Shown in pieces: positions 47,590-61,092 of a DNA stretch of 64,000 nucleotides (position 1 is its first letter; each line of letters opens with the position of its first letter). The stretch comes from Negaprion brevirostris (Eukaryota). The stretch lies in assembly GCA_030324005.1 (NCBI GenBank), contig JARDVH010000097.1:50481530-50545529 (forward strand). Reading direction: 5' to 3'. Position numbers and translations under genes: made by a program. The notes under the pieces were generated by a model. It did no database searches, had not been told where the DNA came from, and saw nothing but the letters and a program-made list of their open reading frames with translations.

Positions 47590-49290
47590 GGGGACCCTTT
47601 GTCCATTAGCTAATCCCTGACTTTTGCATTGGGATGTGGTGTCAAGGTATATCCTTTGGCAAAAAGTAGAACAAATCCAATCCAGCCAATTATTGACTCA
47701 TTAGCCTCTTCTCAAATAGCTGGAAGATGTTGTTGACAGTGCTGTCAAGTGACACTTACTCAGTAATAATCTGCTCACTGACACTCACTACCAGGGCCAC
47801 TCAGCACTTGACTTCATTACAGCCTTTGTCCAAACATAACCAAAAGAGTTGAATTCTAGAGGTTAGTTAAGAGTGACTGTCATTCACATCGTGGCACCAT
47901 TTGATTGAGTATGGCATCAAGCAGCAGCACGAAAACTTGAGTCAATGGAAATCCAGGAGAAAACTCGCTACTGGTTGTAGTCATACCTGGCACAAAGGAA
48001 GGTGGTTGTTTGCAGGCAATAATCCCAGGGGATGTTGGTGTTTATTGCAAGAGGAATGTAATATAAAATTAGGGAAGTTTTCCTGCAGCTATGTAGGCAT
48101 TGGAGACAAGATTCTTTTCTCTCACAGATCATTAGACTTCCTCAAAAAGCAGTGGAGGCTGGGTCATTAAATTTATTTAAAGGTGAATTGGATTGATTTT
48201 TATTAGACATGGGAGTCAAGGGTTATGGTGAGCAAGCAGAAAAATGGAGTTTGAGATCTCAATCCAATCAGCTCTGATCTTATTGAATTTTCTTTTGAGC
48301 TGCAGGAATTCTTCAGGGTAGTGTCCTAAGCCCAATATCTTCAGCTGCTTCAACAATTACCTTCCTTCCAACATAAAGTCAGAAGTGAGATGTTCATTTA
48401 TGATTACACTGGGTTAAGAATGATTTGTAATCACCTCAGATTCTGTCCATCCAAGATGCAACAAAACCTGGGTATCATTCAAGCTTGGGCACATAAATGG
48501 CAAGTAACATTCATGTCACAAGCAATGACCATCTCCAACAAGAGAGAATCCAACCATCACCTCCATTCCCCTCTACCTTGCCATTCCATGGCAATATCAT
48601 CACTGAATTCACCACTATCATCAGTCTGGGGGTTACTATTGACCAGAAACTGAACTGGACCAGCCATATCAATGCTATAGCTATTATAGCACTTCAGAGA
48701 CTGTGGATTCTGAGGCAAGCAACTCATCTCCTGTCTCCCCAAAACCTGTCCACCATCTATAAAGCGCAAGTCAGAAGTATGATGGAATATGCTCCACAGT
48801 CTTGGATGAGTGCAGCTCCAACATCATTCAAGAAACTGGACACTATCCAACACAAAGCAATCCACTTGATTGGCACCCTATCCACCACTTTCAACATTCA
48901 CTTCCTCCACCACTGATGCACTGCAGCAGCAGTGTGTACCATCTGTAAGGTGCACTGTGGCTACTCCCAAGATTCCTTCAACAGCTCCCTCCAAACCCAT
49001 AAGCTCTACCACCTAAATGAACAGGGGCAGTAGATACATGGAACACTGTTAGCTGCAAATTGCCTCCAAGGCACAAACCCCCATCCTGATTTTGAACTAT
49101 ATCTCTGTTCCTCAGTTGCAAGATCAAAATTCTGGAACTTGCTCCCCTACAGCACAATGGATGGGGCTGTGCCAGATGTCTGCAGCAACTCATGAATGAG
49201 GCCACCACAACCATCTCAAGGGCAATTAGGGATAGGTAACAAATGCTGACTTTGTCAGCAATGCCCACATCCCTTGAAACAATTAAAAAA
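47590..49290 (+). mobile_element. LINE RT and 3' end (2030-type family) with an internal CR1 insert at ~48020-48290
   Basis: QAWAHKWQVTF, LGVTIDQKLNWTSHIN and LSTIYKAQVRSMMEYAPQSW, followed by the tail. Confidence 0.85.
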
Positions 49291-49835
49291 TACACTTGTA
49301 TAGAACTTTGGCTAGTTACCCTTGGAGTATAGTGAATAGTTAATATCTACTCATTATACAGGGGATATGGAACGACTGGATAAGTAAAATATTTACTGGA
49401 ATGATACCAGAACTGAAAGCTTATACCTATCAGGTAAGATTGAACAACTGGGATTGTTTTCTCAAGTAAAAAGAAGGTGATCTGATAGAGATCTGTGTGA
49501 TTATGAAAGGGGCTGGTAGGATACATGTCAAGGAGATGTAACTATCTTGTGGATGAGAGAGAACTAGAGGCCTTGAATATAAAATAGTCACAAATAAATC
49601 CAGCAGGAAATTCAGGAGAGATGTCTTTATCCAGAGAATATCAGAATGTGGAAACCACAAAATGTAGCTGGGGTGAATAGCATGGATGCATTTAAGGAGC
49701 AGTGAGATCAGTATGTAAGGGAAGAAGGAATAGAAGGATACGTTGATTGAATTAAATGAAAAATGGTGAGAGGAGGGTTGTGTGGAGCTTAAGCACCAGC
49801 ATGAAGCAGTTGGGCCAAATGGCCTTTCTCTGCAC
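49290..49835 (+). mobile_element. CR1 LINE 3' fragment
   Basis: tttactggaatgatacc, ggtgatctgatagag and gggccaaatggcct tail. Confidence 0.7.
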
Positions 49836-50729
49836 AGTAAGTACTATGGCCGGAACTTTCTGGCTGTTCACATTGGCAAGATCTTCTGGTCCCATAGGTG
49901 GCACACCCCCACCACGGTTTCACAGTGGGGAGGGGTGCATTCAACAGGCTACCCCCTTGACAATGAAGCGGGACCAGAAGATCCCGCCACTGGCCAACGG
50001 CAGCCTGCCTCCCACCACCACGAAACACACAACAGTTTGCAGAGTATATTTTGTCATGCATCTGGCCCTATGCTTTGTTCATCATCATAGAATATGAACG
50101 ATTTTCTCCCGAGTTGAAAAGGCAGATTCGCGTCCAAAGGACTCACTATTATTTGAGGAATAAACACACTATTTCCTTGGAAAGTGCCTGTTAGAATTTC
50201 AGCATATACCATTAAAGGAAACCGTTTCTGAACTACCAATCTTATTCCATGATGAAGCCTTTAGTTAGGATTCAGGTTTTATAACAACATTATAACTTCT
50301 CCTTTGAGTTTACATTTGTGCACTGCCGTGCCCATTGGAGGTAGGCTGTGAAGAAACTCTGGAGGGAATAAATTGTTAACATTGTTTACATTTATAGAAT
50401 CAATGCTGACATATTCTTTTAATTTGCCTGACAGCTTTTCTGAAGCTTTTTCATCAGATGCAAAACAAGCTTTCCAGTTAGTGTAACTTTGTTTTTGGGC
50501 TTCTCTTACCTTCCTTTTTTTTGCTCCACTAGCCAGCCCACCCTACTATTGTCATCATCACTAAACCTTAATATTCAGGCTGGCCTCACGGGCTCCAGTC
50601 TTCCACATTTCACATGCTTCTGCTTCATCAGACACTGACCTGTAAATAAACCTGCCAACATACATGATCAATAAAACAATCTAGACAGACACAAAATGAG
50701 TATTATTGTTAATATTATGGATAATGTTA

Positions 50730-51545
50730 GAAACATAGACTGATGGCACAGAAGGAATCCATTCAGCCTTTCATATCTGTGCCAGTTGAAAAAGAGTTAT
50801 CCAGCTCAATTCCACCTTCAAGCTCTTGTGCCAGTTGGCTATGGCTCCTCAAGTGCACAGCTTTTAAATGCAATGCGAGTTTCTGCCTCCACCATCCTTC
50901 AGATGAAAAAAAATTGCTCACCCCTACTCCTTCTATTCATTACTTTAAATCTCTGCCCCCTGGCTATTGACTTCTTTGCAAATAGAAAAAGGTACTGCCT
51001 GTCCACTGTATTTAGGCCCCTAATAATTCTATGCACCTGCCTCCTCTACTCCAAAGAAACCAATCCCAGTCCATCCAATCTTTCCTCAGTTCTTGGCAGC
51101 ATCCTTGTAAATCTCTTCAGTATCTTCTCTCGTGCATTCACAATCTCCTCATTATTCAGTGACCTGAACTGTACATCATACTCCAGCTATGATTTAACTT
51201 GTGTTTTATATGGTTCTAGCATAGCCTCCTATTTCTCATATTCTTGGCCTCTGCCACTAAGGGTAAGTTTCTGCTACCTTGAGGGATCAGTGGACATGTG
51301 GTCCAAGGTTCTTCTGTTCCTCTGCATTTCTTGGAACCCTACCCTTATTGTGTATGACCTTTACTTTCTTGTCCTCCCCAAATGTATTAACTCACATGTC
51401 TTCAGATCAAATTCCATTTTTTTGACCATTGATATCTTCCTGCAGCCTACTGCTTTCCTCATCATTTTCAACCACGTGGTCATTGCCATTATCTGCAAAC
51501 TTCGTAATCACGTCCCCTCTACTGAAATCTAGATCATTTATGTAT
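50730..51545 (-). mobile_element. CR1 LINE fragment
   Basis: Minus strand IYINDLD...ITKFADN...RLQEDIN. Confidence 0.7.
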
Positions 51546-51614
51546 ATCACAAGCACCCATGCACTACTCTCCAATTTTGTACTCACTACTATGTGGCACT
51601 GGGAGCAATTGGGA

Positions 51615-51963
51615 GGGTGGCAGTGTGGCACAGTCTTTAGCACTGCTGCCTCACAGCACCAGGAACTCAGATTCGATTCTGGCCTTGGGTGACCGTCAGC
51701 GTACAATCTGCACGTTCTCCCCATGTTTGCATGGGTTTCCTCCTGCAGTCCAAAGATGTGCATCTTAGGTGGATCGGCCATACTAAATTGCCCCTTAGTG
51801 TCTCAAGATGTGATGGTTAGAATAATTAGCTATGGGAAATGTGTTGAGTTATGGGCATAGGGCAGGGGAGAGGGCTTGGTTAAGATACTCTGTCAGATAG
51901 TTGGTGCAGACTCAATGGGCTGAATGGCCTCCTTCTGCACTGTAGAGATTCTGTGATTCTATG
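51615..51963 (+). mobile_element. V-SINE (HE1-like), full length, ~200 bp upstream of the last acceptor
   Basis: Head, V domain and tail gggctgaatggcctccttctgcactgtagagattctgtgattctatg. Confidence 0.85.
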
Positions 51964-52158
51964 AGGTCCTTATGGGGCAAATTGAAGATATAGGAACCAT
52001 TAGCATGGCAATCAAAGGGAGAAAAAGTTATCCCTGCGAACTCAGAGAAAAATTAAAACAAAATACAGCAAATCCCTAATTTACTTTATTTAAAGAAATG
52101 GACTAAAAGATGCCTCTCACCACTAAAATTCTTCTTTATCTTTTGAATCTATTTCCAG

Positions 52159-52978
52159 CTCAAATGGAAAATCTGTAACCTGGGCTCAAAATGAACGCAC
52201 TTCGCGAGGTCATCACCTGTGGAAGAGGCTTTCTGTCCACATAAAGAAGAAGGATAATACCTCTAAACAATCTGCTCTCATTAAACCTTTCTCCAAGAGC
52301 TCGGAGAGTCGGCATAGCAGCCACAGCTATCCAGAAACAAATATCAAAGGCCTGTATGATGTCTCTGAGGCAGAGGAACACTATCCAGTCCAGTATGTGC
52401 CACAGACACCGTCACCCATCAGTATTGTGAGCCACAGAGCTGGATCTGTCAGCCGAGCAGAGAATGACATGCCAGCGTTCCAGTCGGAGCATGTCCAGAG
52501 AAGTAGTTCTTCCCAAGGTTCTTTAATGGAGCAGATCAGCAGCGTGGTCAACCGCTTCACAGCCAACATCAGTGAGCTGAATTCCATGATGCTTTCATCA
52601 GCTCCTTCAGGAGTTATAGGTGCATCTCCCATCTGTTCATCATACCTGCTTCCGAAGGAGATACAGCTGCCCACACCCATCACAACATTTGCAGATATCC
52701 AGCCTCTTCCAGCTATTGAGGTGAATGGACGATCACAGTCTGCAAGCGGGGTTTCAAATACCAGCGTCAAAGATGGCACTTCGGAGACTTCAGTGGTTAA
52801 AACAGACTTTGAGGAGCTTGTAGCTCTCACTCCTCCCTCGCCTTTCAGAGACTCTGTCGATTCAGGGAGTGGTTCGCCCAATTCTCCTGTGTCAGAATCA
52901 GCACTTTGCATCCCTTCATCCCCTAGATATGACACTCTTGTTCTGCGTGATTATACTCAAAGCTCTTCATCTCTGTGA
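52159..52978 (+). CDS. GRM5: GRM5 terminal coding exon (cytoplasmic C-tail)
   Basis: Acceptor atttccag|C TCA AAT GGA is phase-compatible with the 20731 donor (AG+C = Ser). Reads SNGKSVTWAQNERTSRGHHLWKRLSVHIKKK...SLMEQISSVVNRFTANISELNSMML...TPPSPFRDS...RDYTQSSSSL*, with Homer ligand at 52829-52849 and a PDZ-binding end. Confidence 0.97.
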
Positions 52979-55409
52979 ATGTATAGTGTATGTTGATCTA
53001 AAAATGAGCTGAAGCTAATAAGGAAACCTGCAAACTTTCATCAATTTTAACCCAAGCATAATTTGTTTTATTCATGTCAACAAATACTGGCATAGATTCT
53101 GCATAGTTGAAGATGGGATTACTCTAAATGTTGGAATCAAAATCAATTCCACAAGCAGTTTGAGAACAAACTTTTGGTAGAAAACTGTCTGCTAGTGGCC
53201 TTAAACCTTGTGGGTTCTTTTCACATGGAATTTTACTTGTACTTAGATAGAGGGCTAGGAACAGGACAACTTGGTTAGATGGTATGAATTACCAAGTTAG
53301 TTGCTCACAGTGACAACTATTTAAAGAAAAGACAGGATTGGAAGTAAAGTTGACTTCAAGACTTTAGCAATCTGTTGCAAAGATTGTTGTTTCCTAACTC
53401 CCTGATGTGAAACTGCAAAACTTCTCAAAAGGTTGAGACCAAAAATGAATGTAAATTTGTGGAGGAGGATCATAGAATTCAGGACCAAAAGGACTTCCAG
53501 TTTTGTATGAAAGAGGTGAGGTGATCCTTGGGAAGGGAATATATCTATTACCAACACATAAACAGCTGTAAAAGATATATGTAGATACATTATATGAAAC
53601 ATATCATCTCAAATTAGGAGCAGGATGTTTAAGTTGCAGTATCCCTTAAACTTGGCTCAAAAACTACTTACAACTGTCAAAACGGCATGTACCTTAGTAA
53701 CACCCAGACTTTCACAAGAAATTGCAAGGTTTTTTCCTTCATTCAGCAATGGGATATGTTTTATTCCTTTTCTTGTGACTGGAATACTTCAATGATTTTA
53801 TGAATTACTGAGATTTAATCATGCTTTATTATGTTATGGGTTCCTATAGCTAGTGACCAATTGTGTGGATGAATTCCATTGCACTATTATTTCATATTCA
53901 TTTTGTTCAGTAAATTGAATTGAACCTAACACCAACAACCCATTTTTTACTTAAAAAACCCAAAAGAGAAGTATCACGTGGGTACTCAAAGCTTAAGAGC
54001 TGTTAACCATCAGACTGGATTAGTTTTATCATTGCTTGAATTATTCTGATGTATTCATTTTAGTTCATAGTTTAAAAAGCAACCATTCCCACCCCACCTT
54101 TATTTGATCTGTTTTTATTGGCAATTCCACTAAAGTGAATGGACGATGGTTGATAATTGTATAAGAAAAATCATCTAAATAATGCATCCACATTGTCAAT
54201 AATGTGCATATCATTATTTAAGTATAGGTGGCATTTCATCTTTTAATAGCTCATTTGCATTTTAATGTTAGTACATGACTATTGGAAGAAGATCATGTAA
54301 CTGTAATTGCACTAGCAACTTCTAATGTTTTATCTATTTTAGATTATAATTTTAATCTTAGCTTTATCCCATTATGGTGAAGAACCAGAAATTTAAAAAA
54401 AGAGACTAAAGCCAGAACAATCATCTAGAATGTGGGTTACATGTAATTAGTACCGCATGCAGAAAATATAAGTAAACCTGTCAACAATTACATTTTAGAT
54501 ATGTGTTCTTTGTGGGTATGGTTGATTGCTAACATAATACATTTGTTGTTCTAATTTTTAACCCTGGATTGAAACGTTATCAGACAGTACCTTTTGTGAA
54601 ACTAAACATCTTGCTCAGAAAACAATAGTTATTCTCTAGCGAAAAGGAAACTTCTGTTAAAAGTTCATTACGATTGTTTTTTTTTAAATGGCTTAGCAAT
54701 CAGTTCATTGACAGTGCCAACTAAAGGGATGCTGCAGCTTTAAATTACTCCCACGTCACATGGAAATGTTTTAAATAATGCAAAAAAAAGCCTTGAGATT
54801 CAATGATGAACATGAGTATTCATTTTAATTGAAGAACTATATATATTGAGATATACGTTCAGAGGTTTATGTGAGAGTGCACAAATCAGTATGCACATGT
54901 GTTGGTACATGGTGAAATTATCATGGTTTATGGATATAGCGTAAGTATCAACAAATTCCAAACAATGCAAAAAAAACCTTTGGCAGTGTGTTTAGTATTT
55001 AATTTTATTGGGGACAGTAGTTTGGTTGAAACAGGAGTTATTAAAAAGGTAAGTACACTTATGGTTTAATTGCAAATTTGCGGTTACAGTTTTACTGTAA
55101 TTTGCCCAGATCCAGGATGGTGACATCTTGACTATCACAGCTTTAAAGTCCTTGAGTAACTTTCTTCAAACATCTTAAAGCCTTTGCCTTCATAGGTTTA
55201 ATGCTCAGTCTGTTTTCTTTTTAATGAAGGGTTAGCCTGAAGACCAAACAGATTAAGTAAGTCCTTAATGGCATTGAACCATTCTGCTGCTTTAACTGTT
55301 GACTCAGTGGAGAAGGTAACACAGCAGTGATGAGCCCCACGTATACTTTCAAATAGAGAATTGTGAAACAGAATTTTGTGCATATCCTGGGTAACTCTTA
55401 ACAGATAAG

Positions 55410-55635
55410 AATCATAAATAGCAAATGCTGGTATCAGTCAGCAGGTCAGGCAACAATGGAGAGAATGGAATTATAATGTTTTGGATGTCAGCCTTTTTAT
55501 AAAATGCCAACAAGTTTTGGAGCAAAATATTAACTAATCATCTCTCTCCATCAATTCTCTCTGACCTGCTGAGTATTTTCAGTGTTTTCTACTTTTTTTC
55601 AGAATTCCAACATCTACAGTTTTTTATTCTTTGTT
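55410..55635. mobile_element. Old palindromic Penelope-derived element in the putative 3' UTR
   Basis: tcagcaggtcag (55438-55449) and ctgacctgctga (55561-55572) are inverted, as are tggagaga and tctctcca. Confidence 0.55.
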
Positions 55636-58257
55636 TATTGAGGGTAATATACCTTCTACAATTTCAATCTGCTAATGTACGTATGCCACATTTTAATTTA
55701 ACCTGTTGACAATATCTTAATACTGTTTTGAAGTTTCTCTGGCTGGCACCTTCTATTTAGCACATGCTATTCCATATTAAGCAGCCTGTTGTTGCTATAT
55801 TTCTCCCATAGAATCAACATTTGTGCTATAACAGATTAATGTGTACATAATTTCTGTTAATAAAATGCATGCTATCATTACTGATTATTTTTCATCCACC
55901 ATAAATTTATACTTTCTTGAGTCTATTGCAGGCCTCACTCTTCTATCTAACTCTCAAATGCCCTTCCAGATTTCCATCTGAGTCCAGTGTATTAGTCTGG
56001 TGCTCCATGTAAATATTATTTCGAAGCAAGACTTTTGCTGGGAGAGAAACCAACACAGCAATCTTTTCTGCTCCTCTTTCTCTTTTATTTCTGTGCTTTT
56101 CACATATAATGATGCTTCTTGCTTGACCTGTTGTTGGACAAGATGATCATAATGACAGCCCTGCTTGCACGCATCTACAGAAATGACCCCATTATCTGTG
56201 GACCCAATGTAATGTCGGAGCTCTTAGATAATAGTAACAAAGGAACTGGTAAATACTCGTGAACAATAATGAATTGTGAAGGTGTGCATTCTTGAGTGAG
56301 TTCAGCACAGTATGTTCCATGAAATTCTTCATTGGAAACTATAGAACACCCTACAACCTTGTTCAATCACAAAACCTAGCTCCAATGTTGGCTGGGGTGC
56401 CAGGATCCACAATGGTAATGCAAGTTTTTGACATTTAAGATTCATGATACCTCCAAATAACTGAGATGCTTCTGCACCAAATATTATAAATAATGCTGTA
56501 CCTTCTCTGAAACCTAATGACAAAAGTAAATAATTCACATCTTACATACTACTGAAAAATTTGCTTCTCTTCCATAGCTAACTTTATCATAATTCAGTAG
56601 TTACAAACAGCTACCTTTTATATAAATATATGAATGCATTACTGCCCTTGGAAATTCACAAAGGTGGAATTCTTAAATGGGTTAACTAGAGTTAACCAAT
56701 AGTTAACACAACCTGTTGCGCACCTTCTAATTCATTATAAAGTTTGACTACACAGGCATCAGTAGAGAAGAAAGTTTCCATTTCCAGAAGTTCAAAGGTG
56801 AAGAAATTGGACAAGTTGTACTACTGAAAACATATTACACTGTTGATGACAAACTGGGGGCATATCTGCAAAGAATGCAGCCCCGTTTTATTTGTGTTTA
56901 AATCGATTATTGATGTTTTAAAAGTGCAAAACTGTGACAAGGTGTATTAGATTAAAGCAATAATGAACGCAAAACTAATATCAGTACAGGTTCTGACACA
57001 ATAAAATCCTGTATGTTTTGTGATAACTTTGAATCTAAAATCCTAAAATCCAAACATCTTTGAGTTCATTATTGTGTAATACATCTATATCAATATATTG
57101 TCTAGTTTACATACTATAATGTACAAAATGCAAGGATTAACATATATTCTTGTATTATTAACAGTGAATAGAGATCATGGACATGTAGTTCCTAGGGTGA
57201 ATTTCAGAGATGGTTCAATAAATGAAAAATATTATATGCAAAGTTAACTTTGCTTCTTCCTTTAATGAACATCATCACTGTTACATTTACCTTAGCAACA
57301 GCCTCAGTAATGTTGTGCAGGCATTATTTTCATGGGCACATGTAATATTTTGCTGCTATTGATCAAATAGATGTGGAATGTGTTATGTAACCACTTTAAC
57401 TGAAGGCAGCAATTGGTATTTGCAAATAGCAATCGCCATGTCTCTAACGCTGATAATTTTTTTGATTGTTGTTTTTAAAAAGACAAGCATAACAGTGCCA
57501 ATTTTAAGAATTTATTGTGAGCTTCAAGTGCTTCTACTTTTTTTGTTACTTATCTTTGATACGTTGTTTTCAGTCAGTTGTGAAATTTTGATCTCTTTAG
57601 TCAAATGGGCAGACTTCATTATTTTCTCGTTTCTTGAGCAGCTAAAATGCGAAAGTGAGGTGGTAGATAAAAAAAAATCTTAGGATTTCGTTCTGGTAAA
57701 CATTTTACCTACATATTCTTCTTGTGCTACCTCTGTCTTATTTGGTACAAAGTCCTTTCTGCTTATTTTTAGCCTGATGAAATCTGAATGTGCTGGATGT
57801 GTCATTATATTAAGAACAAATTGACATGACTTTGGTACTTTGGAATGCTACAAAACACTGCCTGACTAAACTAATATATTTATCACTGTGGGAATGATTC
57901 ATGATCCATGTTATCCTTTGTGGTTATGAATAACATCATGGTTATCAATAATTGTTTGAAATGAATGGGTGCGTATATGCTGAGAAACTAGAAGTATATT
58001 TAGTCTGTCCTAAATTCCAGTAAGGTATTAATTTTGTTATGTAGAATGTAAAATAATCTTATTGCTGTGGAACTTGATACACTTTTGGTACTCTGTGCTG
58101 CCGTTTTTTTCAGCAAACTTGTTTAGCTTTGTAAATGCAAAAAATAGGTAAATTATTTCAACCATTTCTAGTGGCATATTTTGCTGTTTGTCAGTAAGTT
58201 GTTTTCTCCTGTTAAAAATGTGAAGTGTTTATGTATGATACAATGACTTTTTGGAAT

Positions 58258-58263
58258 ATTAAA
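58258..58263 (+). terminator. Candidate polyadenylation signal ATTAAA
   Basis: ATTAAA preceded by several TGTA elements and followed by a T-rich segment (tgtttttcattg). Confidence 0.35.
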
Positions 58264-59589
58264 ACTATATTATAGAAACATGTTTTTCATTGATGGAAGT
58301 CTCAGTGTGGGATATGATTCTTACCTTGAGATGCAAACACCACAATTTATCTATGTCATCCAGTCTTCTATGATGCAGTGAGCACAGTTTCTCTCTTATT
58401 GATAGGATGTCATTAACAGTGCAATGATACATGTACACATTTGATTGAAAAGTAATGGATTCTGCAATCTCAATTTAAGCTGCTACTTTCCTTTCAATCC
58501 ATCTTGGCTTTTATGAGATTTAACCAGAATTCTTATTCATAACGCATAACCTATTCTGTAAATGAAGTTTGCATAACCCAGCAGTTGTTAATCATTCTGT
58601 AAAACTCAATTTGTTTCAATAAAAATAACTAAGCAGTCAATCATTTTGGATTACCTAGGGTAGTTTCCCCCGTCATAGCCGCTGGGTCTACCAGAGGTTT
58701 TCAGGGAAATCCTGTCCATTGCCAAATAGACTGAGACTGGATAGATATCGTTACTGTCCACCGTCACCAATGAATTAATCATTAGGCTGCTCCCATAGAA
58801 CCATACCGTTTGCACCACTGAAGATGGCTATAACAGCTTGAAAGTGGCTGTGACAGTCCTTACTTGGGAAATTCAAAACTGATGCCACTACTCTGACCAA
58901 TTCCTATAAGCTTATGGCTGGTTCTGCTGTGTCTTAATTTATCTGTGGGCTTTGATCCTTGACGTTGGGTTATTTTAAAAATAAAATACATCCTTGTGCT
59001 AATTATGCAAAACATTGAAAGCAAAAGAGATCAATTCAAAATCTATGAAAGGCAATTTAGGATTAATTCAATCACATTCTAGAAAACTTTTCTACATATT
59101 GATTTAACTTCTATGACTCTTCTGCGATCAATATGAATTTCAATTTTAAAATGCTGGGTTCTCCATTTGACTGATTAAATGACAGCCTAAGTCCAGTGTA
59201 TATTTTTAGTGAATTCATGCTTTCCCTTTCATGTCATTAGTGGGGTATCCAGGACTGAATTGTAACAAAGAAGCTCAACATTCAGAAGAAATATTCTCAA
59301 ATGTATACTTGCCCATCAATATCTCAACAAAAGTTAATGAAGTATGTTCTAGTTTTCAAAATTGAATATTATAGGAAATAGGAAAGCACAAACACAGGAA
59401 ATGCGTGAAAAATCAGGGTCTGGTTTTTGTGCTCAATGTCTCACATTATGAGTAACCAATGTTTATGCCATACTTTAATAAGAATTTTTTGAAGAACATT
59501 ATAGTCTGACAGGACTGTGATTTGTTGCAGAACTTAAGCATGTCATGCACAATGTTCAGTACCATATGTGACTCCTCTGATACTGAATA

Positions 59590-60360
59590 AGTCTGTGCCA
59601 ATATGCAGCATGTCCTGGGCAACATTTGAGCTTGAGCTGATAAGTGGCAAAAGACAATTTAACCATCAACCCTTGACATTCAGTGGTAATTACTGTCACT
59701 AAATCCTCCACTATCAACATCCTGGGGTTACCATTGACCAGAAACTGAACCAGGCCAGCATATAAACACTATGGCTAGAAAAGAAAGTCAAATGCTGGGA
59801 GTGGTGCAGTAAGTAAATCACTGACTGACTCTGTGATGCCTGTCCAACATCTACAAGGCACAAATCAGGAGTATAATAGAATTCTCACCACTTGCCTGGA
59901 TTGATGAGTGCAGCCCTAATAAGATTCAAGGAGCGCAACACTATCCAGGACAAAGCAGCCCATTTGAACAGCACCCATCCACCAGCTTAAACATTCATTC
60001 CCTCCACCACTGACACACAATCAAGATGCACTGCAGTAACTCACCATTGTTCCTTTGACAACATCATTCAAACCTGTGATCTTTACCCACCTAACAAGGA
60101 CAGCAGATACATGAGAACACCACCACCTGCAGCACCTCTCAAAGCCATATACTATCCTGGCTTGGAACTATATCACCGTTCTTCAACTGTCTCTAGGTCA
60201 AATCCTGGAATTCCCTCCCTAACAACACTGTGGGTGTATCTGTAACATAAGGATTGCAATGCGGCAGCTCACCACCACCACCTCGCGGATAATTATGGAT
60301 GGGCAACAAACGGTCACCTTGCCAGTGACACCCACATCCTGTGGAAGACATTTAAAAAAA
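59590..60360 (+). mobile_element. LINE 3' portion (2030-type family)
   Basis: ctggggttaccattgaccagaaactgaac through the gggcaacaaa tail. Confidence 0.75.
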
Positions 60361-60769
60361 TTTTTTTTAAGTAGCTTAATTGCAGGTGACATTGTGGAAG
60401 GGCTTGTGTATTTTATATCATCAATCAGATAGAAAATTGAAGTTATTTCCATGTTTAAAATGTAGCTGCTTTGGTATGTAATAGACCTGTTATAGGTTTC
60501 TCTGTAAGTTTTGGTCCAACAACAGCAGACAATTGCTATTAGAGGAACCAGACAAGTTTCCCTTTGATTTGTGATAGGTATTGCTCTGCATTTTGAACTA
60601 CTAACTGAACATTCACTTTCAAATTCAAGTCTGTCATCATCCAAGAATCCCTAGTATGCATTTGCTCTTAATTGCAATACAAAAATAATTGATATTAACA
60701 TTGTGAGGTAATATTTCAGGAATGTTTTCTTAAATAGTTATTTTTAAGTGAATATATTCCAGCAGTCTG

Positions 60770-61092
60770 GTAGCAGATATTTGTCTTGGCTAGTTAGCTC
60801 TGCTGCTTCACAACATCAGAGACCTGAGTTCAATTCTGGCTTTGAGTGACTGTATGGAGTTTGCATGTTCTCTGTGTCTCAATGGGTTTCCTTCCACACT
60901 CCAAAGATGTGGAGGTTAGGTTGATTGACTTTGCTAAATTGCCCCTCAGTGTCACAAAATGTGTAGATTAGGGGGATTAGCAGGGTAAATAAGTAGGATT
61001 ATGGGGATAGGGCCTGTGTAAGATGCTTTCTCGGAGCGTCAGTTCATACGTAATGGGCTGAATGGCCTCCTTCTGCACTGTAGTGATTCTAT
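60770..61092 (+). mobile_element. V-SINE (HE1-like)
   Basis: Matches 51615-51963. Confidence 0.8.

Larger units (their letters stand above)
20732..52158 (+). other. GRM5: GRM5 intron (GT...AG, ~31.4 kb), giving a 5a-type junction if no cassette exon is used
   Basis: Canonical gtaaga donor and ttccag acceptor, with in-frame join GETLS-SNGKSV. Confidence 0.85.
52979..58290 (+). other. GRM5: Putative long GRM5 3' UTR
   Basis: AT-rich and nearly transposon-free after the stop codon, unlike the introns. Candidate poly(A) hexamers near 55859, 57000, 57217, 58258 and 58618. The end point is inferred. Confidence 0.55.

Noticed and set aside
50786-51532. 248-aa hydrophobic ORF
   Set aside because: Antisense reading of a decayed CR1 element.
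52381-52935. 184-aa antisense ORF (also the overlapping 19823-20266 frame)
   Set aside because: Shadow frames of GRM5 coding exons with no recognisable protein.
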